DNA of 51,955 nucleotides from a virus (taxonomy: Duplodnaviria > Caudoviricetes), in IMG/VR virus record IMGVR_UViG_3300032218_002598, positions 1-51,955 of that record. The stretch is one strand, 5' to 3'. This document shows, in pieces, positions 18,207 through 28,797 of the stretch. The translations under genes and the position numbers were made by a program. The notes beneath the pieces were generated by a model. That model was not told the origin of the DNA and ran no database searches. It saw only the letters and a program-made list of their open reading frames with translations. Positions within the stretch are counted from its first letter, which is position 1, and every line of letters begins with the position of its first letter.

Positions 18207-19919
18207 TTATGGGTAAATTCTTATTTCAACATAAACATTAGAAATAGTTGGGAATTGATATAGCATTGCATTAATATCAAATAATGATACCCCTAATCGA
18301 GTACTAGATACTACCTGACCAGTGGTAGAATAACAATGATTATATGCGATAAAATTACCAGGTATAACTACAGTTTTTGCATTAAAAGGGCCACTAGCCA
18401 TTACAGCAGATGGTTGATCGGCAACAGTAGTCCATGATATATCATTTACCCCATCCCCAGAGCCATCTCCAATGGTATTATATAATTGAGTTGCAGTTAC
18501 AATAGGCAAGCTAAGTATTCTAGAAAACTGCAAAAGAGCAGCATAACAAAGATATGGTAATTCAGGTGTTGGCGTTGGTATAGTTAAAGTAACCTCTCCT
18601 TGTGGATTAGCTGTATTGCCATTCACACTAAGCACTACTGTACCATCTGCATCTGGCATTGTTAGTTTTCTATCTGCATTTATTCCATTAGCATCTAGCC
18701 TCATATTAGTAGTGCCATCTTTTGTAAATACTAATTGATTATCAGAATCAGCACTTGCATTTTTACCCAGTAATGTAACATGGTTAAATGGATTACTGAC
18801 CCCTGCCATATAACCTAAAGCATTTACACTTGTGCCTTGATTATCTTTTGCCGCTTCATATCCAAGAGCATTTACATCATCAGCATTTAATAAATTGGAA
18901 ACAGCAGCTCTATTACCAAAAGCATTTACATTATTACCAGAATTATCAAATGCCGCTTCCCTTCCAAAAGCATTTATAGCTCCCCCAAGATTTGATTCTG
19001 TTGCGCTATATCCCATTGCATTTACATCTCCCCCATTATTCCCCAATGCAGCAGCTCCCCCAAAGGCATTTACATCTTGGCCTTGATTATTTAGCCCTGC
19101 ATTTTCCCCCATAGCATTAAGGTTATCGCCATTATTAGCATTTGCAGCATTGTTGCCTAATGCATTAATATTAATTCTTAAGTTTCCACTAGCTGCATTA
19201 GTGCCAAAAGCATTTATGTTTGTAACTCCACCAGCCATAGCTGTACCTGCTGTTGTTCCCTGAAGGTTAATCCCATCTACTAGGTCGTGATTATTATCAA
19301 GTACCCCTTGTAAAGTTACTTGATTGTCTATATAATCTTTAACTGCAAGTACACTTGGGTATTTAACTATACTTGTACCATTTGCTATAAATTCAGCTTC
19401 TGATATTACTTTATTATCTGTTGTTTCTGGAGGATTTATAAAACCTGCAATATCTAAAATATCCCAATTTGCAGTAGTTTGTCCAGGCGTATTAACAAGT
19501 GCTCTTACACTTTGCCCTGGGACAACAGGTATAGTATCTAAATAACCAGCAGCATCAATAAACCATAAATCCCCTTTTAAAACAGCCCCAGCAGTTCCGC
19601 TACCTCCTGTTGATGGATAAGCCCCTGGGCTTACAACTCCTGGAGTATAATTCCCCCTATCATCTAATAGACCTACTACTAACCCATCTGCATATGTTTT
19701 TACAGCAATTGCTGATGGATATTTTACTGTACTAGTCCCATCTGCATAAATACTTTGAGTAATATTACTTACTTGTTGTATCCCTCCAGAAGCAATTACA
19801 CTAATTAAACTTGTTAGATTTGTTTGATAAGTAATTCCTTGATATACTATAGGGAAAATAGTATCTAAATTGTAGGTTGCCCCTATAAATGGTAATTGCG
19901 AAATTTTAATGTTTGCCAT
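18207..19919 (-). CDS. Tail fibre/spike protein with 16-aa beta-roll repeats
   Basis: MANIKISQLP start; about 10 repeats of VNA(F/L/M)G..A...N.G; C-terminal Y.ALL..NTIG..EIRIY domain. Confidence 0.8.
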   Translation of the reverse strand: MANIKISQLPFIGATYNLDTIFPIVYQGITYQTNLTSLISVIASGGIQQVSNITQSIYADGTSTVKYPSAIAVKTYADGLVVGLLDDRGNYTPGVVSPGAYPSTGGSGTAGAVLKGDLWFIDAAGYLDTIPVVPGQSVRALVNTPGQTTANWDILDIAGFINPPETTDNKVISEAEFIANGTSIVKYPSVLAVKDYIDNQVTLQGVLDNNHDLVDGINLQGTTAGTAMAGGVTNINAFGTNAASGNLRININALGNNAANANNGDNLNAMGENAGLNNQGQDVNAFGGAAALGNNGGDVNAMGYSATESNLGGAINAFGREAAFDNSGNNVNAFGNRAAVSNLLNADDVNALGYEAAKDNQGTSVNALGYMAGVSNPFNHVTLLGKNASADSDNQLVFTKDGTTNMRLDANGINADRKLTMPDADGTVVLSVNGNTANPQGEVTLTIPTPTPELPYLCYAALLQFSRILSLPIVTATQLYNTIGDGSGDGVNDISWTTVADQPSAVMASGPFNAKTVVIPGNFIAYNHCYSTTGQVVSSTRLGVSLFDINAMLYQFPTISNVYVEIRIYP

Positions 19920-19926
19920 ATTAATA

Positions 19927-20475
19927 TTATGTTGTTAGGTTGTTATTATTTTGTGCAGCAATATTTATTGATGTTTCTGTTGATATAAAATTAGCTGTAG
20001 ATCCTAATACAATATATAAGTGATTGGAGTTATTGATATTTGCTCCAGATCCCTCATTTGCGATTATTGTTATAGATGTCTGACCTGCTGAATATATAAT
20101 TTGATACCCGTATGTATTTAACTGCATACTTGTAGCTAATCCTTGAGCAATATTTGCTGCTGTGGTATCGGTTATAGATTGTATATATGTACCGAGTATT
20201 ATAGTCCCGTATTGAGGGTCATCTACATAAACGGTTATTATATCCCCTTCATCTCCTATTGCATATATATTCACAAAACCTACTGCTCTTACTTCTGCTA
20301 CATCAGGGAAGGCTGCCCACTCCCATCTTACAGCATCTGTAACCATAGCAATAGTTCTGTTCATATCCTGAGAGAGCCTATCCCCATACACCTTACCCTC
20401 ATCTATGTAGTTCCCAGAAAGGTATGTGCTTATATCCCCAAGTTTAATTATCTCCGATATGGTCAAATGAGCCAT
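19927..20475 (-). CDS. Virion structural protein, apparent N-terminal part of a split gene
   Basis: Helical N-terminus, then a beta domain (RAVG...GD.ITV...DT...IA.GLA) lacking its expected terminal FSGG strand. Confidence 0.7.
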   Translation of the reverse strand: MAHLTISEIIKLGDISTYLSGNYIDEGKVYGDRLSQDMNRTIAMVTDAVRWEWAAFPDVAEVRAVGFVNIYAIGDEGDIITVYVDDPQYGTIILGTYIQSITDTTAANIAQGLATSMQLNTYGYQIIYSAGQTSITIIANEGSGANINNSNHLYIVLGSTANFISTETSINIAAQNNNNLTT

Positions 20476-20993
20476 TAAAAATAATTTAATTGATTATTCA
20501 TCATAAAAGTTGCTCTATTAAGGCAAGTTTGTGAACCAAAAATGTCATTCCCTATTTGAACCGCATTAATCGCCCCTATGATATTAGCCCAATATGTTGC
20601 CATATTAGTCCAGTATCTATTGTCCTGAATTACGTTAAAGGTTTGGCTTTGAACTTGAATCAAGTAGTAAAAGAACTGCTGATTAAATTGAGAAAAGCAA
20701 AAATTAACTGCCTTCTGGTATAGTACATTATTAAATGTATCTAGCCATTCAACTCTTACATTTACTGCCTGATCGGTAGTAAGTATGTCAAGGGTTATAG
20801 ATGGGTTTGGGTATGCCCAGGGCGTATAATTAGTTGTAACTCCCGCAGGTACCAAAAAGGCACTTTGTGATGTTTCTACATACACTCTCCTCTTGGCAAT
20901 ATTTACATCAGAACCTGTTGAGGTATCTGTAATAACAATATTGCTTGGAGTAGCAGGGGTTTGCGATACGCTAAAATTAGGTACTAAAGCCAT
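20475..20993 (-). CDS. Virion structural protein (tail region)
   Basis: 172 aa, ITDTSTGSD..I..RR motif, first gene after putative promoter. Confidence 0.7.
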   Translation of the reverse strand: MALVPNFSVSQTPATPSNIVITDTSTGSDVNIAKRRVYVETSQSAFLVPAGVTTNYTPWAYPNPSITLDILTTDQAVNVRVEWLDTFNNVLYQKAVNFCFSQFNQQFFYYLIQVQSQTFNVIQDNRYWTNMATYWANIIGAINAVQIGNDIFGSQTCLNRATFMMNNQLNYF

Positions 20994-21015
20994 TATTTTG
21001 AGGTATTATTACTTT

Positions 21016-21040
21016 CAAAAATATACAAAAAGACTTGAAA
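21016..21040 (-). promoter_or_regulatory. Putative promoter for tail-fibre block
   Basis: Minus strand TTCAAGTCTTTTTGTA-TATTTTTG; -7 box at 21016-21023 matches TAnnTTTG. Confidence 0.5.
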
Positions 21041-21067
21041 TTATAGTCGATTTTGTTTAATATATAA

Positions 21068-21562
21068 TTATTTAAAAGCCCTTTTTTCAAATTCGTATAT
21101 CCAGTTCTTATCTGTTTGGTCTATTGTCTCTAACTGGTTAAGGAATGTGCTGTACTCAGATACGGCTTCTGTCTGAATCTTTCTGAACTGCTGAAGGAAG
21201 TCAAAGGTGGCGTAATCCCCCTTTTTAAACACTTCCCCACTTACTTCTTCATATGCTTCATATAGGTCATATTCTTTTTCATATGCCTTTTCTATGGCAT
21301 CTACTAGCCCTGTTACTTTTACAGGTGGTTCAATAGGCATTAGGGATGGTTGTACATTCCAGTCAGTTAGATACTTTTGAACAATTTGAGAATGAACCTG
21401 CTCATCAAGAGCCTCATCATTAAAGTACTTAGCAGCCTTTAAGAACCCTACATTTTCGCAATAATTTGCTACTTGTCTGTAAAAGTAATAAGCCCCATAC
21501 TCGTCATTAATTCTTTCATTTAGCATCTTAGCTATTTCTGGAGATAGTTTTTTTGGTGTCAT
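21068..21562 (-). CDS. ftnA: Ferritin (non-haem, FtnA-like)
   Basis: LNE.I..E..A...Y, F..EA.DE..H, AYE.E, D.ATF.FLQ.F..IQ.E. Confidence 0.88.
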   Translation of the reverse strand: MTPKKLSPEIAKMLNERINDEYGAYYFYRQVANYCENVGFLKAAKYFNDEALDEQVHSQIVQKYLTDWNVQPSLMPIEPPVKVTGLVDAIEKAYEKEYDLYEAYEEVSGEVFKKGDYATFDFLQQFRKIQTEAVSEYSTFLNQLETIDQTDKNWIYEFEKRAFK

Positions 21563-21579
21563 TTGATTTTTATTTTTTA

Positions 21580-24500
21580 TTAAAATGCTTTTTTGTATGT
21601 TACTTTAGGATTTTTATCTATTAAATTTAATTCATACTTAGTTTGATTTTGAGCATCGCTAAATATTGAATTTATTTTGCTTTGTAATGCTTCAATTGGC
21701 AAATCTTCTCCTTTAATATATTCCCCTTCTGATGTTTGATACGTAGCATTTAGCATATCATTTAAGCCATCATGATGAGTTACTGTACCCTCAGAATTAA
21801 TTACATCCCACCCGTCATTAAAATTAGCCTTTACTTGAGGTACAAATTTAGTGTAATCTTCTGGAGACATAACCCCACTCTCTGTAGATACTTTATATTG
21901 TTTTATGTTCCCTATAGTTGGTATTTTAATTCCTTTTTCTACTAAAATTTTCTCAGTGCCTTTATCGCCTATTACTTTTTCAGGAGATGCACCTGCAAAA
22001 TCTCTTTGATCTTTTACATTTATACCGACAAAAGAAGGCAGTGTTGTACTTAATAAGGCAGATGTACCATCTCTTTTCATATTATCTGCAATACTTTGCA
22101 TAGAAAGAGGAACAAAGAGCTTTGATACTTCTGACTGAACTGTAACTGGCTGTCCTGAGAAATCTTTCATTCCAGACATCATATCTGTAACTACTCCAGA
22201 AACAGGAGTTAATTTGCCACGGAAAAAATGCAAAACATTGGCTCCTCTATCTTTTCTACCACCAAATTCTTGGAACTTTCCATCTCTTGTTACACCTCCA
22301 GCAATTGTTTGTGCTACTAATCTTACATATTGGCTAAACCCTCCAAATATATTATAGCTCTTGTCCCCAAATTTAATGTCCATAAAACTTTGGCTTGTGG
22401 GATCGTTATCTACTTCTCCTCCAAATATTTTAGCAAATGAATAAGATATGGCAACCCCTGTAGCTACAAACATTCCTAATGTCTTAATTGCTTCTACTCT
22501 CATTTCTGGAGTCAATTGACGATAATACCCCTTTGACCCACTTTTTGGGATTAATGAAACTAAGTCTGAAATACCAAGTAAATTCAATCTTGATGCCATT
22601 AATCTAGGAGACCATATCCCTGCCGTTACTAATTCATTTGCCTTTTGAATATGCTCATTTAATTTACCCCTTCCTGTTTCGGTATTTAACATATTTGCTA
22701 TATCCTTATATGATTCAGGGCTATTTTCAAATGTTTTACCTTCAGATTGCAATTTTTGAGCATACTCTGTGAAGGCAATAGCTCTCATATTATTACCAAG
22801 ACTTGTAAAGGCTCTTTCAAATGGAGATAGTAATGTATTTAAAACTTTATACTCCTTGCCTTTTATTTTTACTGTAATATCCAATGATTCCCCCGCAAAT
22901 GCTTCTTCATGCGCCTTTGCCTTTAATGATTGAGGCTCTGTTATATCTAATCCAGACTTAATCATTAAATCGTAATATGGGCTGTTATGTAATTCTGCCA
23001 AGTGCCTTTCATACATCTTTTTACTTAAAGCATCTTGAATATGGAGCTTAAATGCTTTTGCACCTGTAAATGGTCTCCTGATTGTTCCTACCAATGTTTG
23101 CATAAACAAAGAACTATCATCTATACCCGTAACTATTTTTTTGGTAGTATTAGCTAGTTTAGACCCAAATTCTTGAGCCTTTTTAAATTTGCTCATTCTA
23201 GCTTGCTCATCTTTTAATATCTCTATTTCATATTCGTGTATTGCATCTTGCTTGGCAGTATATGAATCTATTAACTCTTGATATAGCTTTGGATTTTTCT
23301 TTTTAAATTCTTCATTATCATATGGAGATAATGGCTTTGGCTTTTCTTCAAAATCCTTATTCTTTATTTTTTCTTCAATCTCTTGCTGTTTCTTTTTATT
23401 TGCTTCTATTAATCTTTTTACTTTTGCTTCTTCTGAATATTGGTCTACTTTTTTATCCTTTTTTAATTTTAATAGTTCTTCTCTAATAGCAGTTAGCTTT
23501 TGGTTTTTTTCTCTTTGTTGTTTTTCACCTTTAGGCTCCGCAGACATTACGCGATCTAATTCATTTAATAATTTTTGCTCTACTCTAATATCTCTTAAAT
23601 CTTCTTGTAATTTTGTTAATGGAACCTTCTCCTTGCTATATTTACCTGCTATAACATCTTTAATATCGCTTTCTTCTATCCCTGGTATAATTTCTTTTAT
23701 ATCTTCTTGTGTTCTTTTTGTTACTTCCGATAGTTTTGCTCCTACTTCCTCTACGTGAGACTTGACTATCTCCATAATTAATTTAGCCATATCTATAGTC
23801 AATGCAAAACCTTCTACCCCTCCATCTGAAACTATGCCTAATTTATTTATAGACTCAATATACTTTTGATAAGTCTCTTTTAGCTTGTCTTTATATTGTT
23901 GTCTTTCTGCTACGTAATCTCTTTTGCCATTTTTATAAACATTACCTTCTTTAGCCTTCCCGCCTATTACTTCTTTTCTAGTTTTCAGTAATTCATTTTC
24001 TGCTTCTAATTCAGCTATCTTTTTAGTAGCCTTATCAAAAATTTCATTATATGTACTAATTTTTTCCTCAAATTTTGCAAACGATTTTTTTACTTCTTCA
24101 ATTTGTTCTTTAGTAAGTGTATCAGTTCCGTTTGCTTCCATTTTTGATACATAAAAATCAGTTATACTAGACATAGGTTCCGCATTCCTCTTTAATGATG
24201 CAAGATTTTTACCTGCCTGACTTGATGCCAAATCTGATGCCTTTACAAATCTTTTAGCTTTTTGAAGTGTTTTTTGAGTGGGATTGTTCCGAAGTTCTGC
24301 ATCAATAGTAGCTGCGTATATTTTCCTTATTGAGCTTTCTACAGGAGTTGTAGCTTCGCCTCTTTCCATTTTTTGGATAAGGGGCTCCATATCATACCCA
24401 TTATCAATAAGTTTTTTTGCTTCGTTATCCCATTTTTCAAAAGATTCTGGGTTAGGTTGTCTTTCAGGCATACCTAATTCTGCCCTTCTTTCTTTATTTT

Positions 24501-27500
24501 CTTTTATTGTAATACCTCTTATTGTTTCTCCCTTTTCAGTGGCAAGTACATCTCTAACAGATCCTTCGTCAAAATCTCCCCAAGATTTATCCCAACCATC
24601 TTTCATGAATTTAACTGCCTTCTCTATAGCCTCCTCAATAGATATCTTGGCCCTATTAGCCTCTTTAATTATCTTGACGGCCCCATTAATTAATTCTTCA
24701 ATACCCATTCCTTTTTTACTTATTTCTCTTAAATGCTTTGGGATAAGTAATTTTTTGAGGGCCTCCGCTTTTTCATCTAACTTTTTCTCAAATTCTTCTA
24801 TTTTGGCTTCTTTTGTTGGTTTAGCCTTTTTTTCTTCGATTCCTTTACTAGTTTTACTAACAATGCTTTCTTTTGTAAAGTAGTTAGTCTTGGTGGGTGG
24901 TTCATATTTTTCTGATTTAATTGTTCCATCTTCATTTACGGTAACATCAGTCCCGTCTGATAATTTATAATCCCCTGGCTCAAAGCCATTTGTTTCTGAA
25001 TATAATCTATTATATTCTTCCTCTAGCTCTGCTTGTGATGCGTATTCTTTTTCTACTATTTGTTTTATAGCTTTTTGTTCTTCAGCTTTTCTTTGAAATT
25101 CTTGATCTATAACTACATTAGCTATATCTCTATTTAACATTAATCCTGTTAATTTTTCAAACTTATCTGCCGCCATTACTGCATCTTCAGATTCCATTAG
25201 TTTCTCTGCATTACTGCTATTGGGAAATCTAATCATAAAGCTAGCTATATCTTCTGGCGATATCTCTGTACCCTCCCCCTCTGGGAAATAGTGATAAGAC
25301 ATTTCGTGAGCCATAACATCTAAAGGCGTACCTTTTGTATTATTAAGGTATCTTTTAGCTATCCCTAATGTGATATAATTTTTATCACTAAAACTTTTAA
25401 AACTTTTGTTTGTAGTCAGCCCAACCCCAAAATCAGCTATCATTGCCTCTGTTGTAGTTAGATTAAACGTAGTAGGTTCTTGGTTTACGAAAAAATTGGC
25501 AAGTTCATATGGATTTTCTGATTTTTCAACAAAATCATCATTTGAAGATATTTCTTTACCCGATTCTTCTGCTTTTTCTTCTGCTGTTTTCCCTTTTGTA
25601 AAATCTATACTCCTAGCATATTCTCTTAATGCTTTTTTCTCAGTTTGTCTAGTTACCTTTTTGCCTTCATTAGAAAAAACTTCGGCCAATCCTGACTTAT
25701 CATTTATTATAACTATTTGTCTTTTATTCTTTGTTACAAAAGGTTTTTCTTTTGTTGGCTTTTCAAATTCTTTTTTAGATACTGCTGTTTCTTCAACACT
25801 TTTTTCTGCGGGGCCTTTTTGGGTGGGTAGGGATTGTTCTACTGCTTTTAGTTTTTTATCGTATTCAGCATTTATATCATCCCATTTTTTTAATTCACCT
25901 TTCCAATATTCAACATTTTGTTTTGTATGGTCATATAGTTCGTCTTTTTTATCCATTTCGGATAAATCTTTTTCATACATATCAACTGCACCCTGCAATG
26001 CTTTTCGTTGGTCTTTTAACTCCTCTTTTGCATTATCCCGAAGAATAGCCATATCATCTCCTAAGGACAGCCTTTCAATATTTTCGTTGTATGTGTGAAC
26101 ATTTTTTCTTAATTCTTCTTCCCTTGCTTTATTTATACTTTCCACATCTCCCCCTACACCACTACCTTCTTGTGTTTGTTCTTTAGATAAAGATTGTTCT
26201 TTTTTTATGTTTTCTACAACTTTGTCAATCAAAACGGCATTAGGAACTCCTTTTGGGTAAATTCTATCTAATTCTTTTGCCACCGCAACTGCTTCTGCTG
26301 CATTGTCAAATTTAATATTTGCCATAGGGACTTCGCTTTCTTTACTCCCTACGTTTAATAGCACTTTTCCACTTTTTAAATCGTCATTTACTCTATGCTT
26401 GTCTGTTTCAAAATAAACATTAGCACCTGTTCCTAATTGCCTTATGGGTTTCACATTTTCTTGTGGCTTTACTTCTTCAGCTGTAACTTCTTCAACTTGT
26501 CTTGATTGTGTCAAAGCTTTTTCTCTAGCAACTGCATCAAATTCGCCTAATTTACCAGTAGCTTTTTCATAATCAGCAGCCATCTTTTTAAGATTATCTG
26601 GTAATTCTTCTGGCCCAACTTGTTCATCATTCTTATCCCTTATTTGAATCTCATTATCATAATCTGTTTCTATTGTATATCCATTATTTTGAAACTCCCT
26701 TTCTATGTTAACCATTTCATCGGTTATTGGAAGCATTTGTTTTATTGTTTCTTTTTCTTCTATGCCTGTTATAGCAGGGCCTAAATCTACTTCCCCTTTA
26801 TTAATTTCGGTAGTTTTACTTGGTTCTTTAGGATCAGATATTGTAACATTATCGCCTTCTATTTTTTCTATTTTGCCAAGTTTTCCTTCTTTTGTACGAA
26901 CTATATCTCCTAATGCTAAATCTCCTTCATTTTGATATGGCCTTCCTGTAGCTTCGTCTACTTCATATTTTAAAGGCTCATTTGTATTTGTTATATTTTT
27001 TATTTGTTCATCTATAGCTTTTATTCTTTGATTATATACATCTACTTGAGTAGGGTCTTTTGTTTTAGCTTCTTCTGTAAGTTTATCTTTTAATTGGATA
27101 AGCCCTGCAATTGAAGATTGTGATTCAGGGGTAAGCCCATCTGCCACCTTAGTTTTAGCTTCTCTATGGCTATCAATATCTGATACTATTTTATTTTTAA
27201 CTTCTGGAGTTATATTCCCTAACTTTTCATTTGCATCCAATACTGTATTAATAGCTTCTGGACTTTCTTGAGATAACCCATCTACTAATGTATTTTTAAA
27301 TAACTTAGGTACATTAAGTAAGTTAGAAGCCCCTGCCGATAATATATGTAACGCACCCCCTACTGTCATGCCTCCAGCTATAGCTTGAGCTGTTTCCTCA
27401 ACTACTTCCTTTGGAGTTACATGGTATCCTTGAGCTGCTTGTATCCCTTTTTCTGTAAGTGTTTTGGCCCCGCTAACAGCTCCAAGATTTACACTTGACG

Positions 27501-28797
27501 TAAGTGTTTCTTTAGCTACTTTTTCTAATGTGCTTTTAGCTGCATTACTAAATGGCTTTAATCCTCCACCTGTTAAAGCTACGTTTTCAAGACCACCTAA
27601 AACACCCCCTATTACGCCACCTTTTTCTGCCTCTTTCATTGCAGAATACTTATCCATACCAGCAGCAAGATTTTTATTATACCTATTAGTAACCTCATTA
27701 AAAATTCCTTGATTAACTGCATCTTGTCCTGTGAATACAAAAGACATTACTGCTGGCAATCCTACTAATGAAGCCCCAAGACTTTCTGGAGCAGCTGCTA
27801 CTATTGCAGCTCCTGCTAGACCCCCTACAATTGCGTTGCCTGTGAATAACGCATTTTCTCCTATAAATTTACCTGCTTCTCCTAGTTGAGTATTTTGTTC
27901 GCTAATATATCCTCCTAAATCTAGTTTTGCTTTTTCATTTTGCTTGTCATCAAGATATTTTATCTTTTGATCAGTTGTCATTTTATTTGCGAACTGATCA
28001 GCTTCTTCATTTCCTTTTATAGCTTTATCAAAATTCTTACCTAAAGATTCAATAAACCCAATATTTCTTGATACCCCTAATTCTTGCGTTGGTTTCCCTT
28101 TGTCATCTTTACCAAAATGAACAACAACAGAAGCATCCCCATTATTAATGTTATTTTTAATTCTTTGTTTTTCTTGATTATATACAGCTGAATATTTTGG
28201 AGTAACTATTCCCTTGGCTTTTAAAGCTCTTTCAGTAGCATTATCTGCTGCTCTATCAATACTAGAATGGCCCATAGCTCCTGCTACCCTTTCATCTACT
28301 TTTGGTAATCTTGTATTGTCAGAAATGACTTTATCCTGAGCCATTTTAGTCCAATCCTCTGGCTTTTTAGCAGGGGTATTGGCTAGTTGGCTTATTATAT
28401 TATAATTTACCTTAGCTAAAGGGAAACCTTTAGGAGCTGTCTCTTTATCTTCTTTTAATGGTAACGGAGATGGTGTAGGGGCAGATGGCTTGCCAGTAGG
28501 CTCGCCAAGATTTTTTTTTTCAGACATTAACGAATAGAACTGAGTTTCATCACCTCCTAGATTAACGTCTGTAAATCCTTGTGCTCTTAATGCTTTATGA
28601 AGTGATGTAGCATTTTCTTTATTTTGCATAAGTTTAGCAAATGTAGCTTCATCACCCCCTAGATTAGCGTCTGTAAATCCTTGACTTTTTAATGCTTTAT
28701 GAAGTTCTATAGCATTACTTTTTTTGATAGCAGGTTTAGGTTCTCCTTGCTGAACTTGTTCTCCCTGTTGCATTGTATCTTCTATAATCTCTGCCAT
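21580..28797 (-). CDS. Large internal virion (ejection) protein
   Basis: 2405 aa, third of three genes after the tail block; Gly/Ala hydrophobic segments, long coiled coils, duplicated N-terminal LHKAL..QGFTD.NLGGDE..F. Confidence 0.75.
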   Translation of the reverse strand: MAEIIEDTMQQGEQVQQGEPKPAIKKSNAIELHKALKSQGFTDANLGGDEATFAKLMQNKENATSLHKALRAQGFTDVNLGGDETQFYSLMSEKKNLGEPTGKPSAPTPSPLPLKEDKETAPKGFPLAKVNYNIISQLANTPAKKPEDWTKMAQDKVISDNTRLPKVDERVAGAMGHSSIDRAADNATERALKAKGIVTPKYSAVYNQEKQRIKNNINNGDASVVVHFGKDDKGKPTQELGVSRNIGFIESLGKNFDKAIKGNEEADQFANKMTTDQKIKYLDDKQNEKAKLDLGGYISEQNTQLGEAGKFIGENALFTGNAIVGGLAGAAIVAAAPESLGASLVGLPAVMSFVFTGQDAVNQGIFNEVTNRYNKNLAAGMDKYSAMKEAEKGGVIGGVLGGLENVALTGGGLKPFSNAAKSTLEKVAKETLTSSVNLGAVSGAKTLTEKGIQAAQGYHVTPKEVVEETAQAIAGGMTVGGALHILSAGASNLLNVPKLFKNTLVDGLSQESPEAINTVLDANEKLGNITPEVKNKIVSDIDSHREAKTKVADGLTPESQSSIAGLIQLKDKLTEEAKTKDPTQVDVYNQRIKAIDEQIKNITNTNEPLKYEVDEATGRPYQNEGDLALGDIVRTKEGKLGKIEKIEGDNVTISDPKEPSKTTEINKGEVDLGPAITGIEEKETIKQMLPITDEMVNIEREFQNNGYTIETDYDNEIQIRDKNDEQVGPEELPDNLKKMAADYEKATGKLGEFDAVAREKALTQSRQVEEVTAEEVKPQENVKPIRQLGTGANVYFETDKHRVNDDLKSGKVLLNVGSKESEVPMANIKFDNAAEAVAVAKELDRIYPKGVPNAVLIDKVVENIKKEQSLSKEQTQEGSGVGGDVESINKAREEELRKNVHTYNENIERLSLGDDMAILRDNAKEELKDQRKALQGAVDMYEKDLSEMDKKDELYDHTKQNVEYWKGELKKWDDINAEYDKKLKAVEQSLPTQKGPAEKSVEETAVSKKEFEKPTKEKPFVTKNKRQIVIINDKSGLAEVFSNEGKKVTRQTEKKALREYARSIDFTKGKTAEEKAEESGKEISSNDDFVEKSENPYELANFFVNQEPTTFNLTTTEAMIADFGVGLTTNKSFKSFSDKNYITLGIAKRYLNNTKGTPLDVMAHEMSYHYFPEGEGTEISPEDIASFMIRFPNSSNAEKLMESEDAVMAADKFEKLTGLMLNRDIANVVIDQEFQRKAEEQKAIKQIVEKEYASQAELEEEYNRLYSETNGFEPGDYKLSDGTDVTVNEDGTIKSEKYEPPTKTNYFTKESIVSKTSKGIEEKKAKPTKEAKIEEFEKKLDEKAEALKKLLIPKHLREISKKGMGIEELINGAVKIIKEANRAKISIEEAIEKAVKFMKDGWDKSWGDFDEGSVRDVLATEKGETIRGITIKENKERRAELGMPERQPNPESFEKWDNEAKKLIDNGYDMEPLIQKMERGEATTPVESSIRKIYAATIDAELRNNPTQKTLQKAKRFVKASDLASSQAGKNLASLKRNAEPMSSITDFYVSKMEANGTDTLTKEQIEEVKKSFAKFEEKISTYNEIFDKATKKIAELEAENELLKTRKEVIGGKAKEGNVYKNGKRDYVAERQQYKDKLKETYQKYIESINKLGIVSDGGVEGFALTIDMAKLIMEIVKSHVEEVGAKLSEVTKRTQEDIKEIIPGIEESDIKDVIAGKYSKEKVPLTKLQEDLRDIRVEQKLLNELDRVMSAEPKGEKQQREKNQKLTAIREELLKLKKDKKVDQYSEEAKVKRLIEANKKKQQEIEEKIKNKDFEEKPKPLSPYDNEEFKKKNPKLYQELIDSYTAKQDAIHEYEIEILKDEQARMSKFKKAQEFGSKLANTTKKIVTGIDDSSLFMQTLVGTIRRPFTGAKAFKLHIQDALSKKMYERHLAELHNSPYYDLMIKSGLDITEPQSLKAKAHEEAFAGESLDITVKIKGKEYKVLNTLLSPFERAFTSLGNNMRAIAFTEYAQKLQSEGKTFENSPESYKDIANMLNTETGRGKLNEHIQKANELVTAGIWSPRLMASRLNLLGISDLVSLIPKSGSKGYYRQLTPEMRVEAIKTLGMFVATGVAISYSFAKIFGGEVDNDPTSQSFMDIKFGDKSYNIFGGFSQYVRLVAQTIAGGVTRDGKFQEFGGRKDRGANVLHFFRGKLTPVSGVVTDMMSGMKDFSGQPVTVQSEVSKLFVPLSMQSIADNMKRDGTSALLSTTLPSFVGINVKDQRDFAGASPEKVIGDKGTEKILVEKGIKIPTIGNIKQYKVSTESGVMSPEDYTKFVPQVKANFNDGWDVINSEGTVTHHDGLNDMLNATYQTSEGEYIKGEDLPIEALQSKINSIFSDAQNQTKYELNLIDKNPKVTYKKAF

